From: Squalus acanthias
Lineage: Eukaryota
NCBI GenBank assembly: GCA_030390025.1
Contig: CM059438.1
Coordinates: 71,116,001-71,180,000, forward strand
Reading direction: 5' to 3'
Length of the DNA stretch: 64,000 bases
This document shows, piece after piece, positions 25,171 to 38,503 of this stretch (positions within the stretch are counted from its first letter, which is position 1; each line of letters opens with the position of its first letter). The notes below the pieces were generated by a model, which did no database searches, had not been told where the DNA came from, and saw nothing but the letters and a program-made list of their open reading frames with translations. Made by a program: the position numbers and the translations under genes.

Positions 25171-25587
25171 GAGTTATTCATTTGCACTAGGTGACCATTG
25201 TTCCGTCATTGACAACCCAGGCCTGGTGTAGCAATTTTGTGTAACAAAAAAAAGAGGAAAAAAAATTGTCCTAGATTTAAAACCATGCAGCAAAATTCAG
25301 TGTTCACGATGGTGGTGATAAGGGCAAAAGATGGTGGAAAATACAACCTTCTATGTTAAAATGTGAATGTGAAAATTCAGCAGTCCAAGACATGGCCTTG
25401 GGGCCTTTCCAGGGTGAAACGCAATAAAGGGACTCAAATGATGTTTGCAAACTATTCAGGTTTCTCTCTCATGATTTATGGTATTGTCCAAATCCCTCAA
25501 GCATGTTCATACCTAACACACTTACAGTCATCTGTTATTTTCTAGAAAAAGGAATTGCTGTTTGCACAATGCAGGTGTGTTTTAAAT

Positions 25588-25720
25588 CATCTACATCCAT
25601 CTATCCATCCACTATCTATATCCATCTATTTATCTATTATCCATACATCCATCTATATCCTTTTAGCCATCTATCTATCGATCTATATCCATCTCTCTAT
25701 CTATATCCATCTATACCTAT
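25588..25720. repeat. Degenerate (CTAT/CCAT)n microsatellite
   Basis: Repeated atct/atcc units. Confidence 0.9.
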
Positions 25721-27574
25721 GGTCGGGAATTTCTTCGGAGCTGCACCCACTCCACTGCCATAACTTCACCGGAAGTGCAGTGGACACTACTGCATTTTTC
25801 ACGTTCTAAACTTATTTCTTCCCCTGCGCAAATCCAAGGTGTGTGGAAACATTTAAACTCCACATCACAAGACTAATAAAGCATAGTAACAATAATACGT
25901 TGTGTAGCAGGTTCTGAGAATAAAATGCATATTCATTTAATTGAAAGATGTCATTTTCGCCAAGTTGTATCTTCCGTATCTGTTAACAGTGTTAACAGGC
26001 TAAAAGTGGGTTGAAATTGTGCAGCGTGATATGAGCGTGATATCTGCTATTTTAACTGAGGGGTTAATCTGTTTATTTTGATGTGTTCTTTACTGATACT
26101 GCTCAGCACATTTTCAGCTCACAATACCAAACTAATTAAAGTATTCATCTATTGATTACACTCTCGAAGAATCCTGAAAAAGGTTTAACCGTGTAATATT
26201 AATAAGATACTGACTGAGAGGGCAAACCTGGACATCAAGGTCTGGTGTGACAAGGTCCAGCTGCCATTGACGGACCTTCCTAAACCTACCTGACAGTTAG
26301 TGTTTTAGGTGTGAGCTTAGCGTCAGAACTAGACACTTGAAATATTAACTTGTCTTTCTCCTTCAGTCACTGACTGACCTACTGTGGACATCCAACATTT
26401 TCTGTTCTTATTTCAAATTTCGTGGGTGTTTTGTTTTGTCTTACCTCTAAGCTGTCAGATAATTTTTTAATGTTCCATTTGTAGCGAATCAGAGAAGTTA
26501 ACTATTGAGCTTTTGTATTTTTTTTTTAAGTTGCGTCATTTTTGGAGGGATTGGGAATATTTGAAAAGACTCGAGCCAAAACATTTTCTTCCGTTCGACA
26601 CAAGTTTGGAACAAGATGTCCTCTCGTTGCCATTGACCAATCAGAGTACTTGCAAAAATGTGTTAAAGTTTTGAATGCGATGCTTCAGTTTGTGCAGTGT
26701 TGAGGTTACTTTATCCTGACTGTTGCCTTCCCCAGCACTGTCATTATTCTACAGAGTACCATATATTTTGCATTCTTGGCTGCACGGACCTGATCCCTGG
26801 CTACAAAAATAAACTGAAAAGAATCTACATGGATTTTTCTTTTTCCTGCCTGTCAGCATTTGATCTCGTGTGTTCTAGATTTAGCCCTCTGGGACTCCTG
26901 TACATGTTTAACATGTCTCAGCCGCTTTATAGCGTCCCTTCATGTAAATGGGAAATATCATCCGATTCATCGGCCACTGCCAACCTGCCAAGAGAGGGAT
27001 CACTCAACAGCTTCAGAAGTCTGGTTCTGCTCTCAGCAAAACATGCATGAATGAAAATTAAATACAAATAAAATGTAGGAAGCACTGCGTCGAAGGTGGT
27101 GATTCACCACACTAATTTACTCCTTCAGAGAGTAACCTGGTGAAGTAGCGCAATCGATACTGCCGCTAAATCACTCCATAACAGTGGAGTCCCTCGTTCT
27201 TTTTCTCCTCTGCCGCTAACGTTAATCTCTCATCTCCTGCCAAAAGCTGTGCTTATGGGTTCTTCAGCTATGTGTTCAGCCTAATCCGTTTTAACTTTCC
27301 ACGTCTATTGGCCCCCATTCTTGGTGGGTCTTTGGGCTGGGACTCGGCCGCCCCTTCCATTCCTGTGCTGCCTCTTGTGGTTCCGAGGATCCTCCTAGTC
27401 TCGAACTGGAATAGCTGGTGCCTATCTCTCCAGGCTTGATGAGCTTGCATGGTAATTAAGCTGATCCTGTCTGTTTTAAGTGACCTTTGCTTTTGAATTT
27501 TGTTCCATTCTGACTTTGCAATTCCCCAGGGTATTATCCTGGTTTAAAAAGTATTACAAAGTATTAACAACACA

Positions 27575-27690
27575 GAGACAGGCCATTCGGCCCAACAGCT
27601 CTATGCTGGCGTTTATGCTCCACACGAGCCTCCTCCCACCCATCTTCATCTAATCCTATCAATGTACCCTTCTATTCCTTTCTCCCTCAT
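27575..27690 (-). mobile_element. CR1 3' fragment
   Basis: ggccattcggccc...gtttatgctccacacgagcctcctccc is CR1 3' UTR-type sequence. Confidence 0.7.
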
Positions 27691-27750
27691 GGCACATGGG
27701 GGAGAAAGTTTAAGGAGTAATTTTGACTGTTCTTGTATTCTGCACCCTCG

Positions 27751-27912
27751 GGGGTAGATTTTGACTTGATGCGATAGTGTATACCAGGCAATAGCGCGTT
27801 GGCAGCCAGTTCCATTGCCATCAATGGAACTACAAACTGGGAGAGATGTAAAACATGCTTCTGAATCGCTATCACCCGTTTTACATTATCGCACAAAGCC
27901 AAGATCTAGCTC
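27751..27912. mobile_element. Small hairpin MITE
   Basis: Imperfect ~34-bp TIRs (ggggtagattttgacttgatgcgatagtgta / tacattatcgcacaaagccaagatctagctc). Central ccattgccatcaatgg. Confidence 0.7.
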
Positions 27913-29253
27913 TCTGTGTTTTTTTGCATTAGTTAATATTTATAAAGAAAGTTTAAAGGTAAAGGAGTTCTTCAGTAGTTGAAAAGGGGCTCTGTTAATT
28001 GTATTTTTTGGCTAATTTTCCTCCTTTCCTGAAAGCAGCGACTTTTACTGGGATACAATTTCATGGTGCATTGCCATCCAATACATAGGACTCAAATGAC
28101 CATTATTCATGTGCGAGCCTTGACAGACAGGCTACTCAACCATGGGGTCAGTGCAGTCACCACCACCCTGCCCTCATCCCCTCTCCCCACCCCCATCCCC
28201 CTACCCTGTGCTCACCCAATGTCCACAAACATGCAATTCCAGCAAAGGTTGATGCATAGCAATCAGAAGCAGGAAGCAGAGCCAATTTTTCCTCACCAGT
28301 ACCGACATCAGCTGACTTTGCACAGACCTGGGATCAACCCAGGATCTTCTTGGGTCCATGAGTCAGTGGGCAAACAGGATGAGTCGTCAAACGAGCTCTT
28401 AACAGCTGTATTTGATAATGTTTTCTCATACTAATTTGCCTTACAAATGGAGAAACTAGGGTGGTGTTCCTCGCCGCATGAAACACCTATTCAAAGGCCC
28501 ATTGGTGGTGTTCTGGGGCAGGTTCAGCTGCTGGAGGAGCCTGATCCAAACATTCTGCCACCACGCTGCTATGTTTGCTGTTACATCGAGTTCACATTGC
28601 AGCAGATGCTATATATTTGCAGCGCAGTTCTCCGTGATTTGTTTTTCTTAAAGTGGGGATGAAAAGAATACATTAGTAGTTGTAGTAATTTTGTCACTGA
28701 TCACATCGTCACGCATTCCTCTTGTAAAGCATCTTGCAAGACACTTGCCTTGATGATCCAGTGTGTTAAACAAGTATTCATCTGGGTTCCATTGAGAAAA
28801 CGTGAACAGTTTATTGAAAAAATTTGGAGCCCATTTATCTGTAGGATCCTTTGGCATCTGAGCAGTTCAATGATATTGACCAGTGACACTTCACTTGAAA
28901 GTTTTTTTTATTGGATTAAGTTCCATTTACTGCACTAACATTTTGAAAAAATGTGTTCCTAATTTTTGAATTCCACTATAAGATGATCTACAACCTTGAT
29001 TTCTGTCAGTTCGTATAATATGGAAAAACGATGTCACTAGTGCTGGCATCTAACATTCTAACGAACTAGAATACAGAAAAGATTGCACTTTGGGGATTAT
29101 AAAATGTAAGCACTGTGTTATATAACATTACGGGAAGGTAGAAAAAGTTCTATCGATCCATAAATTTTTACTGCACTTTTTCCCCCCCCTTCGTGGTCCC
29201 TCTTTCATGTTAAGAAAAACATTGTCGTTTTTGTCGGGCTAGCTGACAACTCA

Positions 29254-30547
29254 TAAGAACATAAGAACATAAGAAATAGGAGCAGGAGTAGGCCAATCGG
29301 CCCCTCGAGCCTGCTCCGCCATTCAATAAGATCATGGCTGATCTGATCCTAACCGCCAATCTACTATCTATCACAGAACCATCTCCTGCATCTAACAGAA
29401 TTGCACACACGAAATAGGAGCAGAATCAGGCTACACAGTCCCTGGGCCCGCTCCACTACCCACAGGGCCATGACCGATCCGAACCTAGACTCATGTCCAA
29501 ATTCCTGCCCGCTCCCCGTAACCCTTAATGCCCTTTACTTCTAGGAAACTGTCTATTTCTGTTTTAAATTTAATTAATGTTGTAGCTTCTACAGCTTTTT
29601 GTGGCAGCATATTCCATGGACCTACCACCCTCTGAGTGAAGTAGTTCCTCCTCATCTCAGTTTTGAAAGAGCAGCCCCTTATTCTAAGACTATGTCCCCT
29701 AGTTCTCGTCTCACCCGTCATCGGGAACATCCTCCCCGCATCCACCCGATCCAACCCCTTCACAATCTTATATGTTTCAATAAGATCGCCTCTCATTCTT
29801 CTGAACTCCAATGAGTAGAGTCCCAATCTACCCAACCTCTCCTCATATGACCACCCCCTCATCCCCGGGATTAACCGAGTGAACCTTTTTTGCACTGCCT
29901 CGAGAGCAAGGATGTCTTTCCTTAAGTAAGGACACCAAAACTGTATGCAGTATTCCAGGTGCGGTCTCACCAATACCTTGTACAACTGAAGCAATACCTC
30001 CCTATTTTTATATTCTATCCCCCTAGCAATGAAAGCCAACATTCCATTTGCCTTCTTAATCACTTGCTGCACCTGCATACTAACCTTTTGAGTTTCGTGC
30101 ACCAGTACCCCCAGATCCCTTTGCACTTCAGTACTCTCCAGTTTCTTGCCATTAAGATAATAAATTGCTCTAGGATTTTTCCTGCCAAAGTGCATCACCT
30201 CACACTTTCCAGTGTTGTATTCCATCTGCCAAATCTCTGCCCACTTACTTAGCCTGTCTATGTCCCCTTGCAGGTTTTTTATGTCCTCCTCACTCACTAC
30301 TTTCCCTCCCATCTTTGTATCATCTGCAAATTTTGATATGTTACACTTGGTCCCTTCCTCCAAATCGTTAATATAGATTGTGAAGAGTTGGGGACCCAGC
30401 ACTGACCCCTGTGGAACACCACTAGTTACTGATTGCCAGTCTGAGAATGAACCATTTATCCCAACTCTTTGCTTTCTGTTAGATAGCCAATCCTCTATCC
30501 ATGCCAGAATATTACCCCCAATCCCGTGATTTTTTACCTTAAGCAAT
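29254..30547 (-). mobile_element. Young 5'-truncated CR1 LINE with an uninterrupted 351-aa ORF2 C-terminal frame
   Basis: ORF 29491-30546 (GVPQGSVLGP, KFADDTKMG, RPHLEYCIQFW) has no stops. (TTCTTATG)n tail. Probable TSD aactca on both sides. Confidence 0.95.
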
Positions 30548-30659
30548 AACTCAGAATCTAAAAGCCCAAAGCGTCAACAATTTCTCTCAAAGGAAAAAAC
30601 CATTTGAATCAATCTATTGCTTTACGCGTCGTATACTCGCTCACGTGAATCGTACTTAC

Positions 30660-31152
30660 ATGTCTTCAAATCTTCTGCTCAGGTCTTTCACTATGAAGTC
30701 TGGTCCCTCTTTAAAAGGTGGATCCCGTGTGATTTTGTATCGGATTGGCTTGCATTGTTTGCAGAAGGTGTTCCGCGGTCCTGAGGTCAGCATGGCGGCG
30801 TCAATTTCCAGATGCTCGTCGAGCGTGAAGATTTGGATGCCGTAAACCTCCTCCGTCGTCGTGAGTTTGACTGTGATGGGGACATCACAGAAGACATTTT
30901 GTGGTCCAAGTGAGATTTCTTTTCCGCTTACAGTCAGTAGTTTGATATTGTGGATGGCTCCGTGAGCTGCCCATTCAGTGAACGTGACCCAGACAGTCAG
31001 GGAATCGGGAATTAAAGCGTGGCGGAATTCCAGTTCCAAGTAGCAGCCCTGAGGCTCCGGGCATACCGGAGGAATCGTTTTCTCATCAACACCAGCATCT
31101 GGGCTCCAAGTTCTGACACTGTTTTCGCAAGGTTGCTCCACATCAGGGGGTC
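30660..31152 (-). CDS. PAPPA: PAPPA exon 7
   Basis: tatgcag|GA CCC CCT GAT ... GAA GAC AT|gtaagt. Encodes PPDVEQPC...CPEPQGCYLELEF...LDEHLEIDAAMLTS...RRFED. 493 nt. Confidence 0.96.
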
Positions 31153-33104
31153 CTGCATAGGGAAATGTATAAAAAATGAAATCCTCCAAGTAATTAATTA
31201 AAATAATGTGTTCCAGCCATTCATTCTTTGCACATAAAATGGCTGAAGGCATGTCAAATTGAGAGTTAAAATTACTGTTGGACAGACAAACATAACACAC
31301 AGGCTTCACTTTGCAACCAATTGGAAATTTTAATAATGCTTTGTTAACTACAAACTGCTTTACAAAGTTCATTGCGCACATTGAGGGGGAAAAATTTCCT
31401 CCCACTCCGTTTAGTGTATCAATGCACAACGTTGTCAGAAAGATTAATGGGTGATATTTGATGCCTGCACCCTATAGAAACTATTGTTGCAAGCATATGA
31501 TTTCTGCACCTTCAGGAAATACTTGCCTATTTCTTTTCCTTGTTTCTGATTTCTTTTTCTCTCATTTAATTTTTTGACTTGCACCACACTTTAACTAAAG
31601 GGCAATGTGGGGCCTTGCGAAGGGGGGAAGCATAAAAAAAAATGTGCATAGAGATCACCCCAGCAGAGAAAGACGAGTTCCATTCCAAATAAGATAGATG
31701 CCAAAGGGAAATTGTTGCATTTAATTGCTGGCAATTGCTCTTTTGAAACCTAATAAATGCTAGCCCTGTTTCGCACGAATGGCACAGATTATTTATGTCT
31801 CTGGGTTCCAATGTGTATTGTTACATAAGGGACATTATCAAAGTACTACAACGTATTTAGAAAGAGAGTTTTCAAATATGTGTCCCTGAGCACAAGAGCA
31901 CTTAAAGGCCTCATCAGACTGTCCAAGTAAAAAGGCTAATAAGGTTCTAAACTGAGCGGTCACACATCTATTAGGATTGTTATTTGTGGCGATATACATA
32001 ATCCGCAGCTAGAGATTCTGGAACAAGGCTAACACTTGGTGCTTTTACTTTCTGGCTTCAGTTTTCCTAGCTGGCAATCAATCCAAAGTGGAATATTTTC
32101 TTCATCATTGTTTTGAAGAGATCGGGGAATTAGTGCAGTGAATATCTAAAGGAACAATGTCACCTCGAAAAGGATACTTTTAAGGTAGCTTGGTTCCTCA
32201 AGGTGCCTCCTCAAAATATTCCACTGTTGTGACACTATTAACTACTGTGGGAAGTTGCTCTAATAAAGGGCTTTTATCTCTCTCAACTTTCCCCCTTCCT
32301 CTTCCAAAGATGCTGGCTCGCACCAAGGTACAGGTACAGGTAGAGACACCGCCACCCTCTGCTATCTCAGCGAAGTGACCATTCCTTATGTGTGAGCCTA
32401 GATAGTAAGTGTCAGCGGGCTATTCCAACATGAGAGGGCAGCGACCTCACCACCAAGATCATACAAACACACACCCATTCCAACAATGGTCACTGATTGG
32501 TGATCAGGAACCGTAACCGTGGCTGATTTTTTTCCCCCTTCTCCCTCACCTAGAGGCACTGAGGCAACTGTAGCTACACCAGCCGCCTCAGCACATACCA
32601 GGCATCAAACATGGGTCCTCAGTGGTCTATGCGGCTCAGGACTAGACTGGCCACTGCATTTTCTAATTGAACCATCAGAGGAGCTTGGACCTTTATAAAA
32701 TTGAAACTAAGCTATAAGCATAAACTTGCGGACTTGATCAGTGACAGTGAAAGCACTGCGACTACAATTTAATCAATTGTGGCTACAATTGGCTATACAG
32801 TAAACAACTATGTACCAATATGAAGTATTTTGATGACACCACCTCTTTATGTCTGTGATTGATTGATTTTCCTTACAACATGTAGCACAGTTTGCGTTTT
32901 GTTTGCCTCACAAAAGACCCATTTTGTTTGAATAAATCATGCAAGCATAAAATAGAAATACAATTGTGGGATTTTTACACTTCTAACATTCGTGTGATAA
33001 ACTCTATTGAGCAAAAAAGGTGCAATATTTATTTCTAAATTTATTTCTCAATATTTATTTTAAATTTTCACGTGTATTTGTTTATGATAGCAGCATCAAT
33101 ATAT

Positions 33105-34010
33105 GGCGGGCTATGACAAGTGGTGTTCCCTGGGGCCTCAATTTTTCACCATATTTATTAATGACTTGAATGAAGGAATAAAGTTGTATATCCAAGTTTG
33201 CAGATGATGCTAAGTTAAGAGGAACAGTAAGTAGTATAGATGGGAGCAGGAAGTTGCAAAGGGACATAGACAGATTAAGTGAGTGGGTAAAACTATGACA
33301 AGTGGAGTTAAATGTGGGCAAGTGTGAGGTCATCCACTTTGGACCCAAGAAAGATAAATCGGAGTATTTCCTAAATGATGAGAAACTGGGAACTGTAGAG
33401 GAGCAAAGAGATTTGGGAGTCTAAGTACACAAATCATTAAAAGCTGGTAGACGCAATCAAAAAGGCTAATGGAATGTTGGCTTTTATCGCAAGGGGGCTG
33501 GAATACAAAGGGGAGGAAGTTATGCTTCAGTTGTATAGAGCTGTCAGATACCATCTGGAATACTGCATTCAGTTTTGGGCACCGCACCTCAGGAAGAATA
33601 TATTGGCTTTGGAAGGGGTGCAGCAAAGATTCACCAGAATGATGCTGGGACTTAGAGGATTAAATTATGAGGACATGTTGAATAAACCCAGTTTGTATTC
33701 CCTTGAGTATAGAAGATTGAGGGGTGATCTGAGCGAGGTGTTTAAAATGTTAAAAGGATTTGATACGGAGAAACTATTTCCTCTGGTAGGGGAATCAAGA
33801 ACAGCGGGACATGATCTTAAAAATTAGGGCTAGGCCTTTCAGGAGGAAGCACTTCACACAAAGGGTAGTAGAAATCTGGAACTCTCTCTCCCCTAAAAGG
33901 CTGCAGATGCTCGGACAATTGGAGCTTACAAGACTGAGATAGATAGATTTTTGTTAGGTAAGGGTATCAAGGGATATGGAGCAAAGGTGAATCAATGGAG
34001 TTGAGGTGCA
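33105..34010 (+). mobile_element. Degenerate CR1 LINE (RT C-half)
   Basis: SKFADDAKL and MLAFIARGLEYK...HLEYCIQFWAPHLRK, with stops and indels. Confidence 0.9.
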
Positions 34011-35306
34011 GTGATTTCCCTGCTCAGAACTCGGGTAAAACTGCATCGGGGTCCTATTGACGTACTAGGACTCCAATTTGCATAAATTTATGAGGCTCCT
34101 GCCTCATCCGCCTGCAAAACCCTGCAGGATAATATCAGAAATGGTCTGGATCTGAGCGAGTAAGTAGCTTGCTCATATTTAACTGCCCATCCACCTGATT
34201 TCCACCAAGCAGGTAGGGTTAAATTCAAACTATTATTTTTGCAAGGTCTTCCCCACGTCAAGGATGTCAACTAGGAAGGGTAGTGGGCACACAAATTCCA
34301 TCGGCACAATGCCTTAGCCGAACCCTTAAAAATGCACAGCAATATAAAGAGCACAGGCCCAGTCTGGTGCTAAGATTTTGGTGGCCCAGGTGGAGGATCT
34401 GTCTCTCAGGGGGCCCTAACCTCTAAGTGGCCCATACAATGCATATTTGTTTTATTAATTGCTCTCTTGATGTTTGCTGCCCTAACCACACACTGTGTCA
34501 CAAAGAACGAGAGTGTGACAAAAATATTTAATGGAACGAAAGATTCAGCTTGACAAGTGTTATACCAAAGCAGATATTTTTTAAAGAATGAAGCCAAGTA
34601 TATAAAAGAATGTCCATATTATAGAAAATAAGGGTTGAAAAGCAGAGTCGGTTCAGTCCTTTGAGTCTGAGGTTTGTATGGGCAAGAATGGTTGTAACAT
34701 CAAGTGACATATCTTGACCCAAAAATTTAGGTCTAAGTACACCTCTTTGTTTCACTCAGCCACATAAATAATAAAGACACATCTACCCAAAGTGCAAGAC
34801 CACACATTTCATATTGTTTAAATGTATAGGCAACAATTCATTGCTTAATTGATTTAACATCTGTTGCAGTGGGGCACTTGATGGGATAACATGTTGGTGC
34901 CATGAACATGCGAGCCCATCAGCGATAGGATGTGAGCTCTCGGCTATGATTTTAGGAAAGTTCTTAACATCAGCTTGGCAGGAATTTGGAGTCAATAAGA
35001 GCTGAAGTACATCCCAGAGGAAATGGAAGAGCAAAAAAACAGGAAGGTAAATCAGCTCCGGGCACTCTTGCACGCTTCGTAATAACTAGCTGAAGACTGA
35101 CAGTTTGCCTGGCTGCTACCATGGTTGGTAGATGGTGAAATCCATTGATATGTATTGGGGAGGATTGGGTGAGGAAAGAAAATAGCTTACAAAATGGAAG
35201 GGAATGACTAATTAAAATATATCAGAGAGTACAATTTTCTGCCTTTAAAAACTTCAGTATAACAAGTGTATCAACATCTTCCTTTTCTGCCCCCAATGTT
35301 ACTAAC

Positions 35307-35428
35307 CTTCTGCTTCTCGGGGGCTCCAGTGTCCAGATGGGTCACATGGTCTAGGGGAAGAAGCATTGTAGGCGTACTGGACCAGCGCTCCATGCTCAGT
35401 GCAGGCATCACACAGTGATCTCACTTCT
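35307..35428 (-). CDS. PAPPA: PAPPA exon 6
   Basis: ttcctag|A GAA GTG ... GCA GAA G|gttagt. Encodes [40 protein letters not shown]. 122 nt. Confidence 0.95.
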
Positions 35429-35554
35429 CTAGGAATCCTGGAAGCAAAACCAAAAAAAGGAACCAGCATCACCTTACAGTACTTTTCACCTGCAGCAATC
35501 ACACCAGCTTCAGGTTTAAGTCCACGATGTCTCTTTACTGGGCCGCAGAGACAC

Positions 35555-35652
35555 AACGATAACAACAGCAACTTGCATTTATATAGCGCCTTGAACTGAG
35601 TAAAACGTCCCAAGACGCTTCACAAGAGCGTTATCAAACAGAGTTTGACACC
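35555..35652 (-). mobile_element. L2 3' tail
   Basis: aacaacagcaacttgcatttatatagcgcc...cccaagacgcttcacaagagcgttatcaaaca. Confidence 0.75.
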
Positions 35653-35899
35653 TTCTGCGAGCCTGCTTGTAACAGGCCCCGGGTTGCAAGTGTTATCCTG
35701 CACCTGTGGAAGGCAATCACGGTACAGTGTCAGCAATGTATCGACGTGTTTACCATTCTCCATCAATGGGGCACAGGAAAATCTCGGGAAACAAATTGGT
35801 GTGGAGTGTCCACATGGATTTTTAGTGCAGGCCAGATACATCGACATACATGTAAATCTACAGTTAGACAGAGTTGTGGGAACACTGTAAAGGCATCAA

Positions 35900-36654
35900 C
35901 CCAGATTATACTGGAGTGGGTCATTTCATGGTAGGCCCCATTAGTTAGGCTTGTTTGTGCACGTTTTGGTTTTAACATTTTTTGCCTACAATGTTGCTGG
36001 AAGTGCGAGCTGATAAGGGCGTACCAAGGGCAACAGGGCATCTGGGATCTTAGTGAACAATGGGACAAACAGTGTCTCTCCTTAACCAATGATATTGAGA
36101 AATAAACAAAGGAAGGACTGAGAAGGAGGGTGGATTAGAGTGGGTGAATTCAATGTCAAATTAGGTAGAGAGAGAGAAAGTTTGGATTGAGAGAGAGAGA
36201 AAAAAAAAGACAGCAAGGAAAAGTAAGAAAAAAATGTAAAATTTAAAATGTGACCTTTTTAAAATCTCCAACAACAATTCATAACCTGAAGGAACGAGAC
36301 TCCACACTTTTAATTGTCCACTTTCTGGGCAAGAGAGGTTGATTGGAAGTCATTAACAATTATCATGTTGTTAAAAGGGTATTTACACTGCTAATTACTA
36401 GACTTTACTTTCTGTGACGAGTTTAATGGTCAATTAATATGCAAATGCAGCAACTTCATGAAAATCACGGGGAGGTTAAGGGCGAGATGCCGTTTTCGCA
36501 AAGCTAACGATGGAGCAGCGCAAATCAGCCAGCAACTTATGCCGATTCGCAATTCGCAGGGTATCTCTTCCTCACCACAAGTTGCTGGCCGATTTACACA
36601 TTAATAACAGCGTGCGTTGTTCACACGTTACTATTTCAGCAAATTCTGGGCCAT
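35900..36654. mobile_element. Second copy of the TIR element family seen at 2326-4272 (no CR1 insert)
   Basis: Colinear blocks: caacagggcatctggga, a GA-rich tract, gagaggttgattgg, gggcgagatgcc, and gttgctggccgattt.cacattaataacagcgtgcg. Confidence 0.75.
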
Positions 36655-36809
36655 TATTTATTTTCCTCTTTCCCGTCTGTGTTATTTTCAGGTTCCTTCA
36701 ACATTGATTAGTGCTGAAACACTAGATGAGCTCACAGATCAGTAAAACTTCAACACAGACACAAACAAAAAAGCCTTGTGGTTAACATAGCATCAGTGGC
36801 CATTTTCAC

Positions 36810-37002
36810 CTCTCGTAAAACTGCCCGTTGATTGGACGAAGCCAATGGAGGATCACCGATTCTGCAGTCTGATGTATTATCTCCGGGGCGACGGGAACAG
36901 GTGGCGGCTTCGTGGGTGGCTGCCAGCTCTGGTATACCAGATCCAAGTAACAATGCATCCTGGCTACTTGATTGGGGCTAAAGGAATTTGTGCAGTCGTC
37001 AT
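36810..37002 (-). CDS. PAPPA: PAPPA exon 5
   Basis: ttttaaag|AT GAC GAC TGC ... TAC GAG AG|gtgaaa. Encodes DDDCTNSFSPNQVARMHCYLDLVYQSW...GQFYER. 193 nt. Confidence 0.96.
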
Positions 37003-37124
37003 CTTTAAAAGAGACACACAACTTGTGACAAAGGCATGACAACAACATCATATTCAACATGTGCCAACAGTTCTCTCATAATTCCCTGCCTCCCGTTCAA
37101 ATGAATAATGGCAGAGTTGATAAT

Positions 37125-37345
37125 ATAAGAACATAAGAAGTAAGAGCAGGAGTAGGCCATACGGCCCTTCGAGCCTGCTCCGCCATTCAATAAGATCATG
37201 GCTGATCTTCGACCTCAACTCCACTTTCCCACCCGATCCCTATATCCCTTGATTTCCATAGAGTTCAAAAATCTTCCTATCTCAGCCTTGAATATACTCA
37301 ACGATTCAGCATCCACAGCCCTCTGGGGTAGAGAATTCCAAAGAT
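37125..37345 (-). mobile_element. CR1 3' fragment
   Basis: ataagaacataagaag...ggagtaggcc...gagcctgctccgccattcaataagatcatggctgatc. Confidence 0.88.
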
Positions 37346-38209
37346 AATTGTTCAGTAACTAATTTGATACAGTTCCCCTTCCTCCCCACCCAAAAATATC
37401 ATTGACACTAATTCGCTATATATATTTTATATTAACAAGGAGATTAATCTAAGACTATAAATGTTGAATACAATTTGCAGTTAATGTGAAATTATCAACC
37501 AACAAGAGGAATTAAAGGTAAAGACCTTAAATTAGTGGCTCACCTACTAAAATACTTTTGGCTACTGTATACAATTTTACAGGAACACCAAAAAGCAAAT
37601 AAAATATGTGTAAGAGATTTGTTCCATCAAGAAAGAGGAAAATCTTGTTCTTTGACCTTTTAGTCCTCTTTTTCCTAAAAACAATAATTTCCTGTAGGGT
37701 TTTGCTTCAGGAAAACAAAGGTCTGTATAATATTGTTAAAAATATAATTGTCCTTTAATAATATTTGGATATTTGTTTAATGCAGTGTTTGCCATCAGTC
37801 GGGTACCAGCCAACACAAATATGGAACTTACAAAAAGTTTAACTGCAGTCCCAATACAGGCCTTAAAAACCAACAAAGTAGGGATTAGATAATTTATTTG
37901 TTTAGCAGAAAATCAAGACTGCTTGATAAACCAGACAGGGATTACTTAGTGACTACTCCACCACTTTTCTTTAAGGTGGCCAAATAAAGTAACCCCTTGG
38001 CTTCTACTGCACATTGTCGGTCTCATTGCAAACCAGACTAATGTTTCCTCATTCCGCAATGCAAGTTTCAACTGACATCTCCAAATGTGGCAAATTGAGA
38101 GTTTGTAACATTTTCCGTAACAATGCGAAATGAACAGTAATTCAACAAACAATTCTTTCTAAGAGACATGTTCTCTTAAGGCACATAGTCAATTTAATGT
38201 CCATTTTAC

Positions 38210-38503
38210 CTGCATAGCTCATGTAATTAAAGAAAGGAGTGTTGATAAAATGGCCAAAACCACACGTGTCATTTCCAGGGTCGGGATCTTTGCACTGTTT
38301 ATTTTTTGGCGTTGGATTAGTATCAGCACACAAGTCGCCAGTCTCCATTGAAGCCTCAGTCTCCATGCATGGGTCGGTGCAGGATTCAATTTCAGAAATC
38401 CCCTTGAACACATGGTAGAGTCCAAGACTGTGGCCTATCTCATGGATCATGGTGTGAGTATGGCCAGTGATGCCGTAGAATGAAGGGTTCAGCACTATGC
38501 CAC
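38210..38503 (-). CDS. PAPPA: PAPPA exon 4 (catalytic zinc-binding motif and Met-turn)
   Basis: cacatag|GT GGC ATA ... TAT GCA G|gtaaaa. Contains [11 protein letters not shown] and NYMSY. 294 nt. Confidence 0.97.

Noticed and set aside
26335..26420. Additional hammerhead in a Penelope-type remnant
   Set aside because: The CUGANGA box is not recognisable. Too degenerate to call.
38380..38460. Assignment as PAPPA2
   Set aside because: The zinc motif [16 protein letters not shown] and the exon 3 sequence match PAPPA. PAPPA2 has HEVGHVLGLYH.
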